Assembly: GCF_000143415.4 (NCBI RefSeq)
Contig: NW_003314306.1
Coordinates: 62,001-126,000, forward strand
From: Selaginella moellendorffii
Lineage: Eukaryota > Plantae > Lycopodiophyta
Reading direction: 5' to 3'
DNA length: 64,000 nt
Below, in pieces: positions 21,201-32,944 of this stretch. A program made the position numbers and the translations under genes. The notes under the pieces are model-generated. The model saw only the letters and a list, made by a program, of their open reading frames with translations. It did not search any database and was not told the DNA's origin. Within the stretch, counting starts at the first letter, position 1; every line of letters begins with the position of its first letter.

Positions 21201-23403
21201 ATGTGTTAAAGAGGATATTGTGAGTTGTACCATAATTTCTTCTTTAGCATTGAAATTAGTTTATGTAAGACTTGTGATCATTATTAGGCAAGACTTGGCT
21301 ATTATTGATATGGAATGATTTACTATTTTTTAGGATGGTGGATTTCTTCTTTAATGATGATTATACATATCTCTATTGATGGGATGATTTATAATCTTTC
21401 GTGATGGTTAGTTGTTCTCTTTGGTGGTTTATGGTTTTTTGCATTACCACATGTTCTTTGTGGTTTGCTTTAGATTAGTCTTTTGGGTTCGAGACATTGG
21501 TAGGATGTTGCTAACATTTGCTTAAGCAACTTGAGTTCCTTCGTATTATGACTGGGATCTATTCAGATTGGCTAATGCAATAATTAGCATGAACACTATG
21601 TTTGTTGGTCTTGCAACATTCATTCTATTTTGTTGATCATTGCTTGAGTTGGTTCTGATAGATTGGGATGTTATTTCCTTTAGGTAATACATTCGCAAGC
21701 ATGATATCATTGTTTCTGACTTTGATATTGTATTTCTATTGATCTTTGAGTTTGGGCCAGTATAGGCAGACTAGCTTCAACACTTTGTGTGCATGGTGAA
21801 ATCTCTAGTTATGGGGTAACTACTGTCAACTAGTCACATAATCCGCCTCTCTATTGATGTTCCTTATTTCGTTAAAAAGGGTGTGACCCTATGAACAATT
21901 CTAATTGCCTGTTTACAGTAGTTTATCTAAACTTTACTGACGGGTTTGGTTTCTTTGCTCATGAGGGTTAGGGCCTATGGCTTCTCTCTCTATATCCCTG
22001 CAGGCAAGGGCATATCACACTTTTGTAAGCTAGGTGACACCTAGAGTAGCAAAAGTGACTAACACCATTGGTCATTTCTTTGTCGACGATGGCCGGAAGG
22101 TGTCTGAGTGGTAGCTCATTTGTGTTAGACAAAGAAGTTGCCTCCTAACTCATTTAAGTTGGTGTATTTCTCATATAGTGTGAATACCGTGAATTTTTTC
22201 TGGAGTTGTTTCCTTGGCGGTATTTTAGACTGGAGTATGCATCGACAAGGATGTTGATCTTTCCTAGGGGGGGAGAGTGTCGTGAATATGACTTCAGGTA
22301 TCGAAAGTTACCTGTCAGTTAGTCCTTTCGGATATCTGCTACAACAGCAGGAGGTCGGTATTGTTGGACTTGTTATCAGTTTCTATTTGAGCTAGTTGAG
22401 AAACTTGTCAATGAACATGCACTTAAATTATAAACATAAGCTAGGAACTCTATGTGTTTCTTGCTGAGCATACTTGGCTTAGTTTGAGAAACTTGTGTCA
22501 TTGGCTTGCACTTGTTAGTATCAAGAAACCCCACGATATTGAGATTGTTCACTCAATATTTGCTAAATGATAGTTTACTGTATCTACCAAACACCCTCGT
22601 TATCATGCCTTTTGTGTTAATCTCATTTCGCTCCCAAATTTTATTTATGGAAAGTGTCTAGATTTGCTCATTTGACATATTTACAAAATGTAAAGATTGT
22701 CCTGAACACAATGGTGTTTATCCTGTGTCCAAATTTGCAATCTAAGGATATTCCATATTTAGTAAGTTTTGAGCTTGTCCCAAAGACTAACTCCTAACAC
22801 TAAGGGAGGCTTGAGGTGAAAACCCAAAGTGGTCCTCATAAGAGGGGGGGATGTAGGGGGTTTCAAATGTATAGTAGGGATAGTGGGTAGGTCAGGCATG
22901 GTCGACCAACTTGAGGCATAGTCTAGCTCCCGTTTGCGTGCTTGTCCTTGTTCTACGTCCAGCTTGGGTCTAAGCCCAAGTTCCATTTCATGCTAGCTGG
23001 TGGACTACCCATATCCTTACGTTAGTCTACCGGTATGCCGAAATAACGCTAGACTCCATTTGGTTTTGTTTTGCATGCTGGTCTTGGCATTAGGATGCTG
23101 ATTGCTCTAGGACTAATCCAAGTTGCTCCGGTTCCTATCCTTTCACTTGTTGGGCTGTATGTTCGAGAGTTGCTCTGTGGTCCAGTTCTGTCACTCTTTG
23201 GCTCCATGCTTGGGAGTTTCGCACCATTCCTTTGTTCAATGGCCCAAGGCTTTGAACTTCGGGTTCCACACCACTGTCTTATGGACATGTGGCATGTGAC
23301 ACGTGGCATATATGGGGGGGGGGGGGGGGTTTAGGTTCTACTTCGTGGTGTTATCCTATGGTAAATCACCATAAGATAAAGGGTAAAATCCACGTGTGCT
23401 ACA
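18253..23403 (+). mobile_element. Full-length non-coding (non-autonomous or decayed) LTR retrotransposon, probably Gypsy-derived
   Basis: 5' LTR 18253-19349 and 3' LTR 22278-23403, both TGT...ACA and alignable over their length. tRNA-Met PBS TGGTATCAGAG at 19352, PPT AGGGGGGGAGAG at 22266-22277, imperfect 5-bp TSD GTAAA/TTAAA. No long ORF in the 2.9-kb interior. Confidence 0.9.
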
Positions 23404-26249
23404 TTAAATTTTTTATATATATCTTATTCCTCTTAATATGTTATATCTTTGCAAGGAGTATAAATTTATAATATATATAATATGGATGAATCAAAGAGTC
23501 TAATTTATATATGTTTTCAAGATTGAAAAGTATTATTGCAAAAAGGTGTGCTTGTGTGTTTGCATGTGTTTGCCATTATTTTATATGGCAAACCAACTAT
23601 ATAGAATAAGGCTATATATTAATTATATGTTAGTTGTTAGCTTTTGGATTGTCTCTAATTTGTAAGTTGTTTGTAATTTGTAATTTGTAAGCCATTTATC
23701 TCTAATAGTAAGTTATAATTACTGAGACTAACAATTATGATTCAATATATTGCTATGTCATAATAAAATGCATTCTTGAGATTAAAATGTAGTATATTAA
23801 TTATAGAAATCTTACTGTTGTAGAGTTTAATTCTTCTTGTGTGTTGTAATGGTTCAGAAAAAGTTTACTTTTGGTCTTGAATACTTTTTATATTAATCTC
23901 CACCTTTATCTCCAAGTTTAATCAATAATCCACCTTCACCTCTACAACAATCCCTCTTTTTATTTTGAGAGGTGTTGTGAGGCTTTTTCATTTGTGACTT
24001 TGACTGCAATTGAACAAGAGTTCCCTCCTTATAATATTGTTAAAGTGTTAAACTACCTCTAATGCTCCAAGAGTGATGTCAATATTTTCTTCAAGATTTT
24101 GCTTTAGATATGGCAAGAGTGCTTGGTGTAGATATGTTCAAAATCAAGCTCTATATTTGATATGGGAAAATCAAAGGAAAATTCCACACTTTCAAAAGAA
24201 CGAATAAACTCCTCACTAGTAATAATAAAATAAAGACTCTCAATAAACTCATTTATAACAAAGGAAATATGCAAAACTGTTGCAAAAGTGACTTAACTCT
24301 TGAAATATAAGAATACTTTAATGGAACTGATCAAAGACTCAATCAATTAAAAAAAAGTAAAATTGTCATCTTCACACACATACTTAACATCCAAATTAGC
24401 ATGTGGAGGACAAAAAACACTTAACTCAATATTGAATTAAGAATGAGAATCATAATAATCACAAATAATTGATATGAAAAGATAAGAAATTGTTGTAGAT
24501 AAGGAAAAAACAAAAGAAACACAAAGAAGTGGTTTAGGTTGGGATATAAGACAAAATTGGGAAAGAGTAAAAGACAAAGAGAAAACAATTATATAACAAA
24601 TTTAAAGATTAACATTTAACTTGTAAAATCTCCAACTTATCCTCATAGTTATTTCCAAATTATTTGAGCTCATATATTACGTTCCCATAAGTTCAATCCT
24701 AAGAATATTCTCTAAGAATGAAATTGCAACTCTCTAATTAATATCACAACCATATGAGAGATAATAAAATACTAAGAACAAGAGACACTATACAATCATA
24801 TCCCTTAAAAGTTGATGACAACATCTTCATGATTGGTGCAATATTAATATGATCACAGTTCATAGCACCAAAAGTTCAATCCATTTGAATGTTTTTTGAT
24901 GGGTTTGAGAATCTTGTATCACTTGCTAATGATTTATCATTTTAGCATTTACATTTTAAATATTGATTTAAAAATGATTTTTTCATTTTGTGGGGACAAA
25001 TCTTGATGACCATTTATGGCTAGTGGCGCCTTTAATATTTATTCCACACTTTTTCTATGCCCTCCATAGCTCTCTTATTATTATATATACTAGACATTAT
25101 TGTATAATTAAGAAATTATGCAAGTCTTTCTATTGACAAAAAATGTGACATGATGTTATTTGGTATGTGTATAATAGCATTTGCTGCTAATCTCATAATA
25201 CTTCCTGTCATATTACAAAAGGATAATTAGAGTTAATTGAATTTTCTCATCCATTTGAGTTAGTAGCATTTAATATGATGGGGCTTTTTCGATGGTTGAT
25301 TGCTGGCAATAGTATATCATTATTGCCTCAATTCCTTGAATTATTATATGGAAGTCAATGCTCTCTCTAGTATGTTTATAACTGTTATTAAATAGTTTTT
25401 CCTCAATTAATTGGTAAGATAAAGGGTAAGATAAATATAGTTTATAAGAGACCAATTTATGATCCTTTTACTCTAGATACATAATCAAGATTTTTTTATA
25501 GAAGCACTAGGACTAGATAGGGTCAAGCAACCAAAAGCTATAAAAATAATATTTTTAAATACATGCTCGCCTCTCTTTCATAAGGAAGATCCTTGACCAT
25601 GCTTGAGAAGTAGCATGCATATGGTTAAAACAAAATGTATAAATGCAAAACAAAGTAGCAATAGGAGAAATGTAATAATAGACAAAGTTGGATACCTTTA
25701 GGCCTTTGTTTGGTTCTCAACTTAGAGCCTTTGCATACCCTAACCTTTAGAGAGAAAAGCCTAGTGTCTTAAGGGGTTTTTTACCTCCCTTTCTTTGTTT
25801 ATATGTTTATGTGCAAGTCCCTCAAGTTGATACATCTACTATAACCTCTAAGTAAGGAGATGTGATGCAAACCCCACCATAATTGATGCATATAGAAGTA
25901 GGCATGAAGGAGAGATGATGAGAATCAATAGTTATGCTTCTTTATTGTTTCAAACATAACTTCAAGTATTGAAAAGTACTTGTTAACCACTCCTTTTGGA
26001 CACTCTTTCATTATTATCATAACACCAAGAAGTTGTTATAGTTAGATTCCTTTATTAGCTCCTTTTGTGCTACTGGAGTTAATTAGACATTTCAAGTGTA
26101 CTTAGACCGAATGAGCATAAATATGAAATTCTTATATACTATTAACTAAATCAAATATAGTATCTGGCACTAAAAATTATAAAGGCATTATTGTAAGTCA
26201 AGAAGTTTCTATTGTCTAAAGTGATGTCTCTCTAATACTTACCTTAATA

Positions 26250-27150
26250 AAGAGTTCTCATGGTTAGTGACAAGAACCTCACATATTAAATCTAGTCCCT
26301 TACTATATCCACCATACACCCTTATTATCATGCCTTATATCTTAGTCTCATTTCAATCCCATGTGCTAATTATGGTAAATATCTAGATCCATTAGTAGTG
26401 TATATGTATGGAATGTAGAAAGTGTCTTGAACCTTATAGTGTTATTCCTACTTCTCAATTCTTGATCTAGTGCCATTCCATATTTAATAAATTTTTCAGT
26501 TTATCCTAGATACTCATTCTTGGGATTATGGTGAAAGCTTAAAGCATGTGTTCCTCATATTAAATTATTAGTATATTTAAATATTGCCAAACACTATTTG
26601 ACACTATTTTACATGTAAAAGTTGGATATAGGGAGCTGATGCTTATAAAGGATATTAAGTGTATATTGAACCCTTACTTTGTAGTACAACAAACTTAAAG
26701 TTCAACTCCAAAATACACATATGTACTTAAATTGTTATAATACATATAAACTTAGCCCCAAGTTGAACACAAAACCAAATGTATAGTAAGGATAGTGGTT
26801 AGAAATATGGCCAACCACCTAAAACACTAATTTAACATTTGTTGAGCTATGTTGCCCCTTGTTTTGCATCTAATTTGGGCCTAAGCCCAAGTTTTATACA
26901 ACTTTGGTCAGTTGTATAAAAAAGAAGTTGTGTTTAGAATATTATTTTATGAATTATATAAATTTTATGCTCTAGTTGGTTGAGTACTTAATTTCTTGTG
27001 TTAGGCCACCAGTAAGCTGAAATTGTGCTAGACACCTTTCAACACTATTTTGAATGCAAGAGTTGGATATGAGTAATTAGTGTTCATAGAGGATGTTAAA
27101 TGCATATCAACTCTTTTTGTAGTGTAACAGGCTTGGAGTTTAGTTCCAAA
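26250..27150 (+). repeat. Older, heavily decayed sequence related to the LTR above
   Basis: Blocks such as TTATCATGCCTT..TCTCATTTC, TTCCATATTTA, CAAATGTATAGTA.GGATAGTGG and CTAAGCCCAAGTT recur in the same order and orientation as in the LTRs. Boundaries are approximate. Confidence 0.6.
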
Positions 27151-28753
27151 TTCATGTGCATTACATTTGTTGACGTTCTCTCACCTTAAAAAGAAACACG
27201 TGTATTTAAATTATTATAACACTTATATGTGATTCAAAAAATAATATCTTAAACATAACTTTTTTTTTATGCATGGGCATGCATTGGTGCCCACCACAAA
27301 TGCATAGCAATGTCCAAGTTAGCATTACACGTGTGAATTTTTGTATTGTATAAATTTTGATTCCATGTTAGATTTTTTAACACAATCATTAAGATTTAAA
27401 TTTTGGGTTAGAGTTTGTGAGTATGGTGTTTTTCATCACACATATTAATTTTTGAATATCTTTTGGATGCTATAGGTTGAACTTGCCACCACTGTGTATT
27501 TAAGCCATTCCTTTTTATTAGGGTAATGAAAATCCCTTTACACAATAAACTAACATTCCTAAATATAATAAATTCACTATAATGCTAAAAATATGTATAT
27601 TTGATTAGGAACGCAAAGTTCTACTTTATTGCCTTTAGAACACATGTCTAAAAGCTTTACTACATCAACAATAAAATCCACTTGTTTACAGAAAATCTAT
27701 TGCACTCAACATTTTAAGCATCCAAAAAAAAGCTTTACACTCACCTCTATGCCTCTACCTCAATTGCCACTATGCCAATCAATTGCTATATAAATTAAGG
27801 TGTTGCACAACAAATAAATTGTGAAAAATGAAATGCACTTCCAAGAGCAATCAAAGTACTATGTTTATAGTAGTATGTGCTACAATTGAAATATGCTCTC
27901 AAGCCATGTAAAACAAGGCATAGCCATACAAAATGAGAGGCAAATAAAACATATGCAAAGGAGATAAATCTACACTTAACGACACAAGAATAAAACAATA
28001 AAACCCTTACTAAAATGTTATTTGAAATGATGTGACATTAATTTCTCTTAAATTTCATACCCCATACATATATGGTATATCCCATAACAAAAATATTATA
28101 CACACAATTATATTTTATTTAGCAATTGAAAAGTGATTGTGTGCATAATAGTTTTTCATGCAATTCAAAAATAAAATAAAATTCACACATATGTAAATAT
28201 ATAATGCTTCTATGCATTTCTTGTGATATTTAGAATATGCTTGAATAACTTTCCTAAACAGTTACTAGTAATTTCAATCAGATTAATCATGTATTTATAA
28301 ACTACTAATTATGAACGATTGACATAAACACATTTTTTAATATGGGTTTCATTCTAAAATATTAAAGAGTAGCATTGGACTATAATCACTTATAATATGA
28401 TATAATTTTGTTAAGAGATGTAGATGTATGATTACTCAAAGATTTAATTATGGAATATAATATAATATCAATAGCCAAATGTGAGTTTGGAGCTCTTATC
28501 AAATTTCATTATGGCAAAGGAAATATATAGTTTAGTAGTATTATCCTTGTTTAATAATATTATTAATCCATACATCACCAAACATTAACATTTACCCTAT
28601 TTAGTCTTAAAAAAATGCATAATCTTAAATTATTGAAAAAATGGGCGTGCTCAGGATTACAGAAAACCATATGATACAGAGTATATTCTCTAAGCCTAAC
28701 CAAAAATCTCCAAAATTAAACCGAATATACCCTAGAACCCTACATTTCCACCA

Positions 28754-30778
28754 ATGTCGAGGATCATCGCTGCCGCCAGGTTTGTCACTCCACCCCGATC
28801 GCGCTTCCTCTCCACCGCCGCCAGGACCGCCACCACCAGCGATGATCGCCACAAATTCTCGCTCTGCGGCCCACCCGCGGCCCCCAAAAGTCCACTCATG
28901 GGAACCACCGAGAACCTGGGCCTCACCTTCTACGAGTCGGGCTCCGCATGCCTGGATTTCTTCTTCCACATCGTCCCGGTGACCACCGATAAGTCGCGCG
29001 TCCAGGAGCTGGCCGCGGCGGCGTGGGCGGAGGATCCTCTCACCACGCTCAAGCTCATCTTCCAGCTCCGGGGCGTCCGCGGCACGGGCAAATCGGACAA
29101 GCTCCACTTCTATGACGCCGCGTGCTGGCTCTACGAGCACCACCCTCGCACACTCGCAGCAAACATCGCCAAGGTTGCCCCGGTTGGCTACTTCAAGGAT
29201 CTCTTGGAGCTCGTCCAGAGGATATTAGAAGGCGAGGAGGTGACCGAGAAGAGGATCGAGGAGAAAAGGCAGCACAAGCGGAGGAAGCCACCGAAAGAAT
29301 CGGTGATGAGCTCGACGAGGGGCTATAGGAGGAGCTTGTTCTCCTGGACGAAGCCATCGGGGAAGAACAAGTGGGCGAGAGCGTCGTCCAAGCTCAAGAT
29401 CGGCACCAAGGAGGACAGGATCGCGGCCAGCCTCAAGAGGGACAAGCTGTTGAAGCAGCAGGCGTCGGAGCTTCGCAGGAGGAAAGCGCTGGAGCTGGCC
29501 AAGCGCGTGATCGAGCGGCACGAGAAAGATGACGAGTTCGCGGCGATCTACTCGGGTGTTGCGCGTGTTTTCGCCGAGGCTCTGGCCAAGGACATGGAAG
29601 CGCTTCGCAGCGACAAGGAGAAAGCGAGGCTCAGCCTCGCCGCGAAGTGGTGTCCATCGCTCGACTCGTCGTATGACAAGCAGACGCTGCTATGCGAGGC
29701 GATCGCGCGGCTGCTCTTCCCGAAGGACAGCTCTCCCGAGCTCGCGGAGCTCGAGCAGCCGCACTACGCTTACCGGATCCGCGACAAGCTGCGCAAGGAG
29801 GTCCTGGTTCCACTGCGCAAGGCGCTGGAGCTACCGGAGGTGTTCATGAGCGCGCAGAGGTGGGATGAGCTGCCATACAACCGGGTGGCGTCGGTGGCGA
29901 TGAAGAACTACACGGAGATCTTCATGAAGCACGACGAGGCGCGCTTCAAGCAGTTCCTGAGCGACGTCGAGGCCGGGAAGAAGAAGATCGCGGCGGGGGC
30001 TTTGCTCCCGCATGACATACTCAGGGACGCGGTGGAGGAGCACCGCGAGACGGCGGAGCTGCAGTGGAGGGCGATGGTGGACGAGCTGCGGCAAAAGGGG
30101 AGCTTGCAAAACGCGGTCTCGATCTGCGACGTGTCCGGGAGTATGTATGGGACGCCGCTGGAGGTGGCGATCGCGCTGGGACTCCTCACGGCGGAACTGA
30201 GCGATGAGCCGTGGAAGGGGCGGCTGATAACTTTCAGCAACGAGCCCGCATTCCACGAGATCACCGGCAAGACGCTGGCGGAGAAGTACCAGTTCACGGC
30301 GAGGATGCCGTTGGACATGAACACCGACTTCCAGAAGGTGTTTGATCGCATCCTGGAGCGAGCACGCGAGTTTAACGTCCCGCCCGAGAAGATGGTCAAG
30401 AGGCTCTTCGTCTACAGCGACATGGAGTTCGACGAGGCCAGGGGCGGACCGGCAAACAATCCTAGTCCGAATTGGTGGGGTGGAAGCTCGCCATCGCCGC
30501 CAGCCGCTTCGGAGGGATGGCTCACGGATTATGAATTGATCAAGCAGAAGTTCAAGGCTGCCGGATACGATGAGCCGCCGCAGATCGTGTTCTGGAACCT
30601 GAGGGACTCGGACAGCATCCCGGTGACCAAGGACGAGCCTGGCGTGGCGCTCGTCTCGGGCTTCTCCAAGAACATACTCAAGATGTTCCTCAACTACGAC
30701 GGCCGGGTGAATCCCATGATAATGCTGCACAACGCCATCTCGGGCCCGATGTTCGAGGACATGGTAGTCGTTGACTAG
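28754..30778 (+). CDS. DUF2828-family protein with vWA-like domain, second paralogue, intronless, 674 aa, with a presequence-like N-terminus
   Basis: Same motifs as 14590-16530 (SGSACLDFFF, SLAAKWCPS, CDVSGSM, SDMEFD, IVFWNLR), plus the N-terminal extension MSRIIAAARFVTPPRSRFLSTAARTATT. Confidence 0.9.
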   Translation: MSRIIAAARFVTPPRSRFLSTAARTATTSDDRHKFSLCGPPAAPKSPLMGTTENLGLTFYESGSACLDFFFHIVPVTTDKSRVQELAAAAWAEDPLTTLKLIFQLRGVRGTGKSDKLHFYDAACWLYEHHPRTLAANIAKVAPVGYFKDLLELVQRILEGEEVTEKRIEEKRQHKRRKPPKESVMSSTRGYRRSLFSWTKPSGKNKWARASSKLKIGTKEDRIAASLKRDKLLKQQASELRRRKALELAKRVIERHEKDDEFAAIYSGVARVFAEALAKDMEALRSDKEKARLSLAAKWCPSLDSSYDKQTLLCEAIARLLFPKDSSPELAELEQPHYAYRIRDKLRKEVLVPLRKALELPEVFMSAQRWDELPYNRVASVAMKNYTEIFMKHDEARFKQFLSDVEAGKKKIAAGALLPHDILRDAVEEHRETAELQWRAMVDELRQKGSLQNAVSICDVSGSMYGTPLEVAIALGLLTAELSDEPWKGRLITFSNEPAFHEITGKTLAEKYQFTARMPLDMNTDFQKVFDRILERAREFNVPPEKMVKRLFVYSDMEFDEARGGPANNPSPNWWGGSSPSPPAASEGWLTDYELIKQKFKAAGYDEPPQIVFWNLRDSDSIPVTKDEPGVALVSGFSKNILKMFLNYDGRVNPMIMLHNAISGPMFEDMVVVD

Positions 30779-31204
30779 GTACGTTGACTCTAGGTGGTTT
30801 GACTTTCTCCTGTTGACTTTTTTATCTCATGTTCCTTTCACATGTTAAACAATGATTCGTAGTCACTAGCACTGAAGTCTCTATCTCAGTTTATATGAAC
30901 TCTAGCCTAGAGGATCAACTTTAGAAAGATCACAAAGAATTATATTGCTGCAAATCTTGTAATGATTCCGTACCCATGTAAATTATTCATGATTCGCAAA
31001 GAGGTTATAAAAAATCACTACATGACTGTACCTCACACATCTATCTCATAGTGATTTTATATGGCCTCTGGGAAATCAAGAATAATTTACATAGCTACAA
31101 GATATCCACAGAGTACTTCTCAGTGATTTAGTCAGTTTTGTATGACCCGCTCGCAAATCAAGAATAATTTAAGATCTGAAACAGCACATACATACATTCG
31201 CATG

Positions 31205-32212
31205 TTATTTCATAGTGATTTCCTCAGAATGAGTTGACAATGTGACTGCCGCAAGCCTGCATAAGTGGTATATGACAAACACCAGCTTCACCACAAGCAT
31301 GTTTGCTATGCACTTGGGAAGCCAGCCAGCAGGATCAACCTGCAGAAACCATACAAAATCACTCACACTTGCACTGAAACAGCGAGATTTAGACATACCT
31401 GGACGATGTAAGTCACCATGCAAGCATTGCTCTGTTGGATCCGCTCCACCACCCAGCCGGAGTAGAGAAGCAAGCCACGCACGAGTTGGCCGCGGGGTGG
31501 CAAGATTCCAGCAGCCATTTCCTGCGGAAGAGACGTCACGGCAACCACCTGGGAGTTGAATCCACCAAGAACACACAAGTTCGTGAGCTTCACGGCGGCC
31601 GTACATGATCATGTTCTCAACTTGATCATCAATCGGGAAAAAGTTTAAAGGTTTTGGAGTGAAAGCTTACCACCGTACCGTCGTCCATGATCTCGCGCCT
31701 CTCGTGAACGATGAACTCCCGGTTTCTAAAGAGCGGTGATCTGGAATTGCGCCCAAAGACGAGCCGGAAGATGTTTAGATTGTCTTCCAGGCGATGCAAG
31801 CACTGGCCTTCAATGAAGCTCTTGTCCCATTGCTGGTAAAGGAAAAGAAAACCATCAGCGAAAACAAACACACCAGATAGTTGGGAAGTTTGTTCCCTCG
31901 TTTTTGGCTTTTTTTTTTCTTCTCGAAGAAGATCCTTCCGTGCTCTCGAAAGAATAGAAGAAGTACCTTGGCAGTGTCGATCGCGTTGGTGACCGCTTGG
32001 AATTTGGAAGGGGAGATGTTGAGCACGCTCTGGCCTCGCATCACGATCGTCTTGTTGCCATCTCTCCGGCAAGAGATCGCAATGCCGCGCTTGCTCTTGA
32101 TCGGCTTCCACCCTTCCGTCTCGTCGGCCCGGGAATCCACGAGCAAATCCTGGTAGCATCTGTAGCTCGCGTGCTCCACGTAGCGCTTGAGAGATTCCTC
32201 GCTCACGCTCAT
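31205..32212 (-). CDS. START (lipid-binding) domain protein, multi-exon
   Basis: Spliced segments GWKPIKSKRGI, QWDKSF, PLFRNREF, VRGLLLYSGWVVE and VTYIVQ|VDPAGWLP are typical START motifs. Confidence 0.85.
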
Positions 32213-32683
32213 ATTCTCGCTCCTCTGGAAAAATATTTCGAGGATTCTCCCTACCTAATAAAGAACCTGATCCAGCATCCTGGCGATCGATCGCGCCAGA
32301 TCCCTCTGTGCGCTTAGCGAGGGCTAGAATGCTGGCGATTGGCCGTGGAAGTGACGGATTCTCGAAGAAACCTATCGATTTCGCCTGGAATCATCCCGCG
32401 ACGACAGAGAACACTAGCGAGATTGCGGTGATCGATTGATCCAGGGAAAAGAGAAGCGTGGAGTGCGCGCCAAGATCCACTCCACCGCGCCTTGGCTCGA
32501 GCTGCGCGAGCTGCAAAAGCGCTGGATCACTAGTGCCAAGGCATATCCTGCCAAAGGGGCTAAAGATTCCATGGCCGAGCATATCCCTGGCATATGCCTT
32601 TAGCGCGTTAAAGGTTTCGAGCACGCAACTTCGTGAGCACGTTTGGAAGAAAAGGAATTTCTGACATTATTTTTCTCAGATTG

Positions 32684-32720
32684 GCCACGTGTTCAATAGC
32701 CCCTGGATGAGCGCCACGTG
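32684..32720. promoter_or_regulatory. Two G-box/ABRE-like motifs in the divergent START/UBP12 intergenic region
   Basis: GCCACGTG occurs twice, at about 32684 and 32713. Confidence 0.35.
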
Positions 32721-32944
32721 GATGCCACCTCACTCCTCGCGAGGGCAGCGAGGGCGTCCCTCTCAGTCTCCTTTGCTTGCTCCCTCGTTTTCACACTGCC
32801 CAGTTTGTAGCAAAGCGAATAAGAAACTTTGATCTTTTATCCTAGGTCTCGCCCGCTTCGTCCCAACCCTAAGGCCTCTCCAATTCTCTAAGCGATTCCA
32901 ATCCGCGAGACAGCGCCGGGCGGGGCGGAGGACGCGCGCGCGCG

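Noticed and set aside
23450-26200. AT-rich region that may be a decayed transposon
   Set aside because: I could not identify a domain, terminus or TSD, so no call was made.
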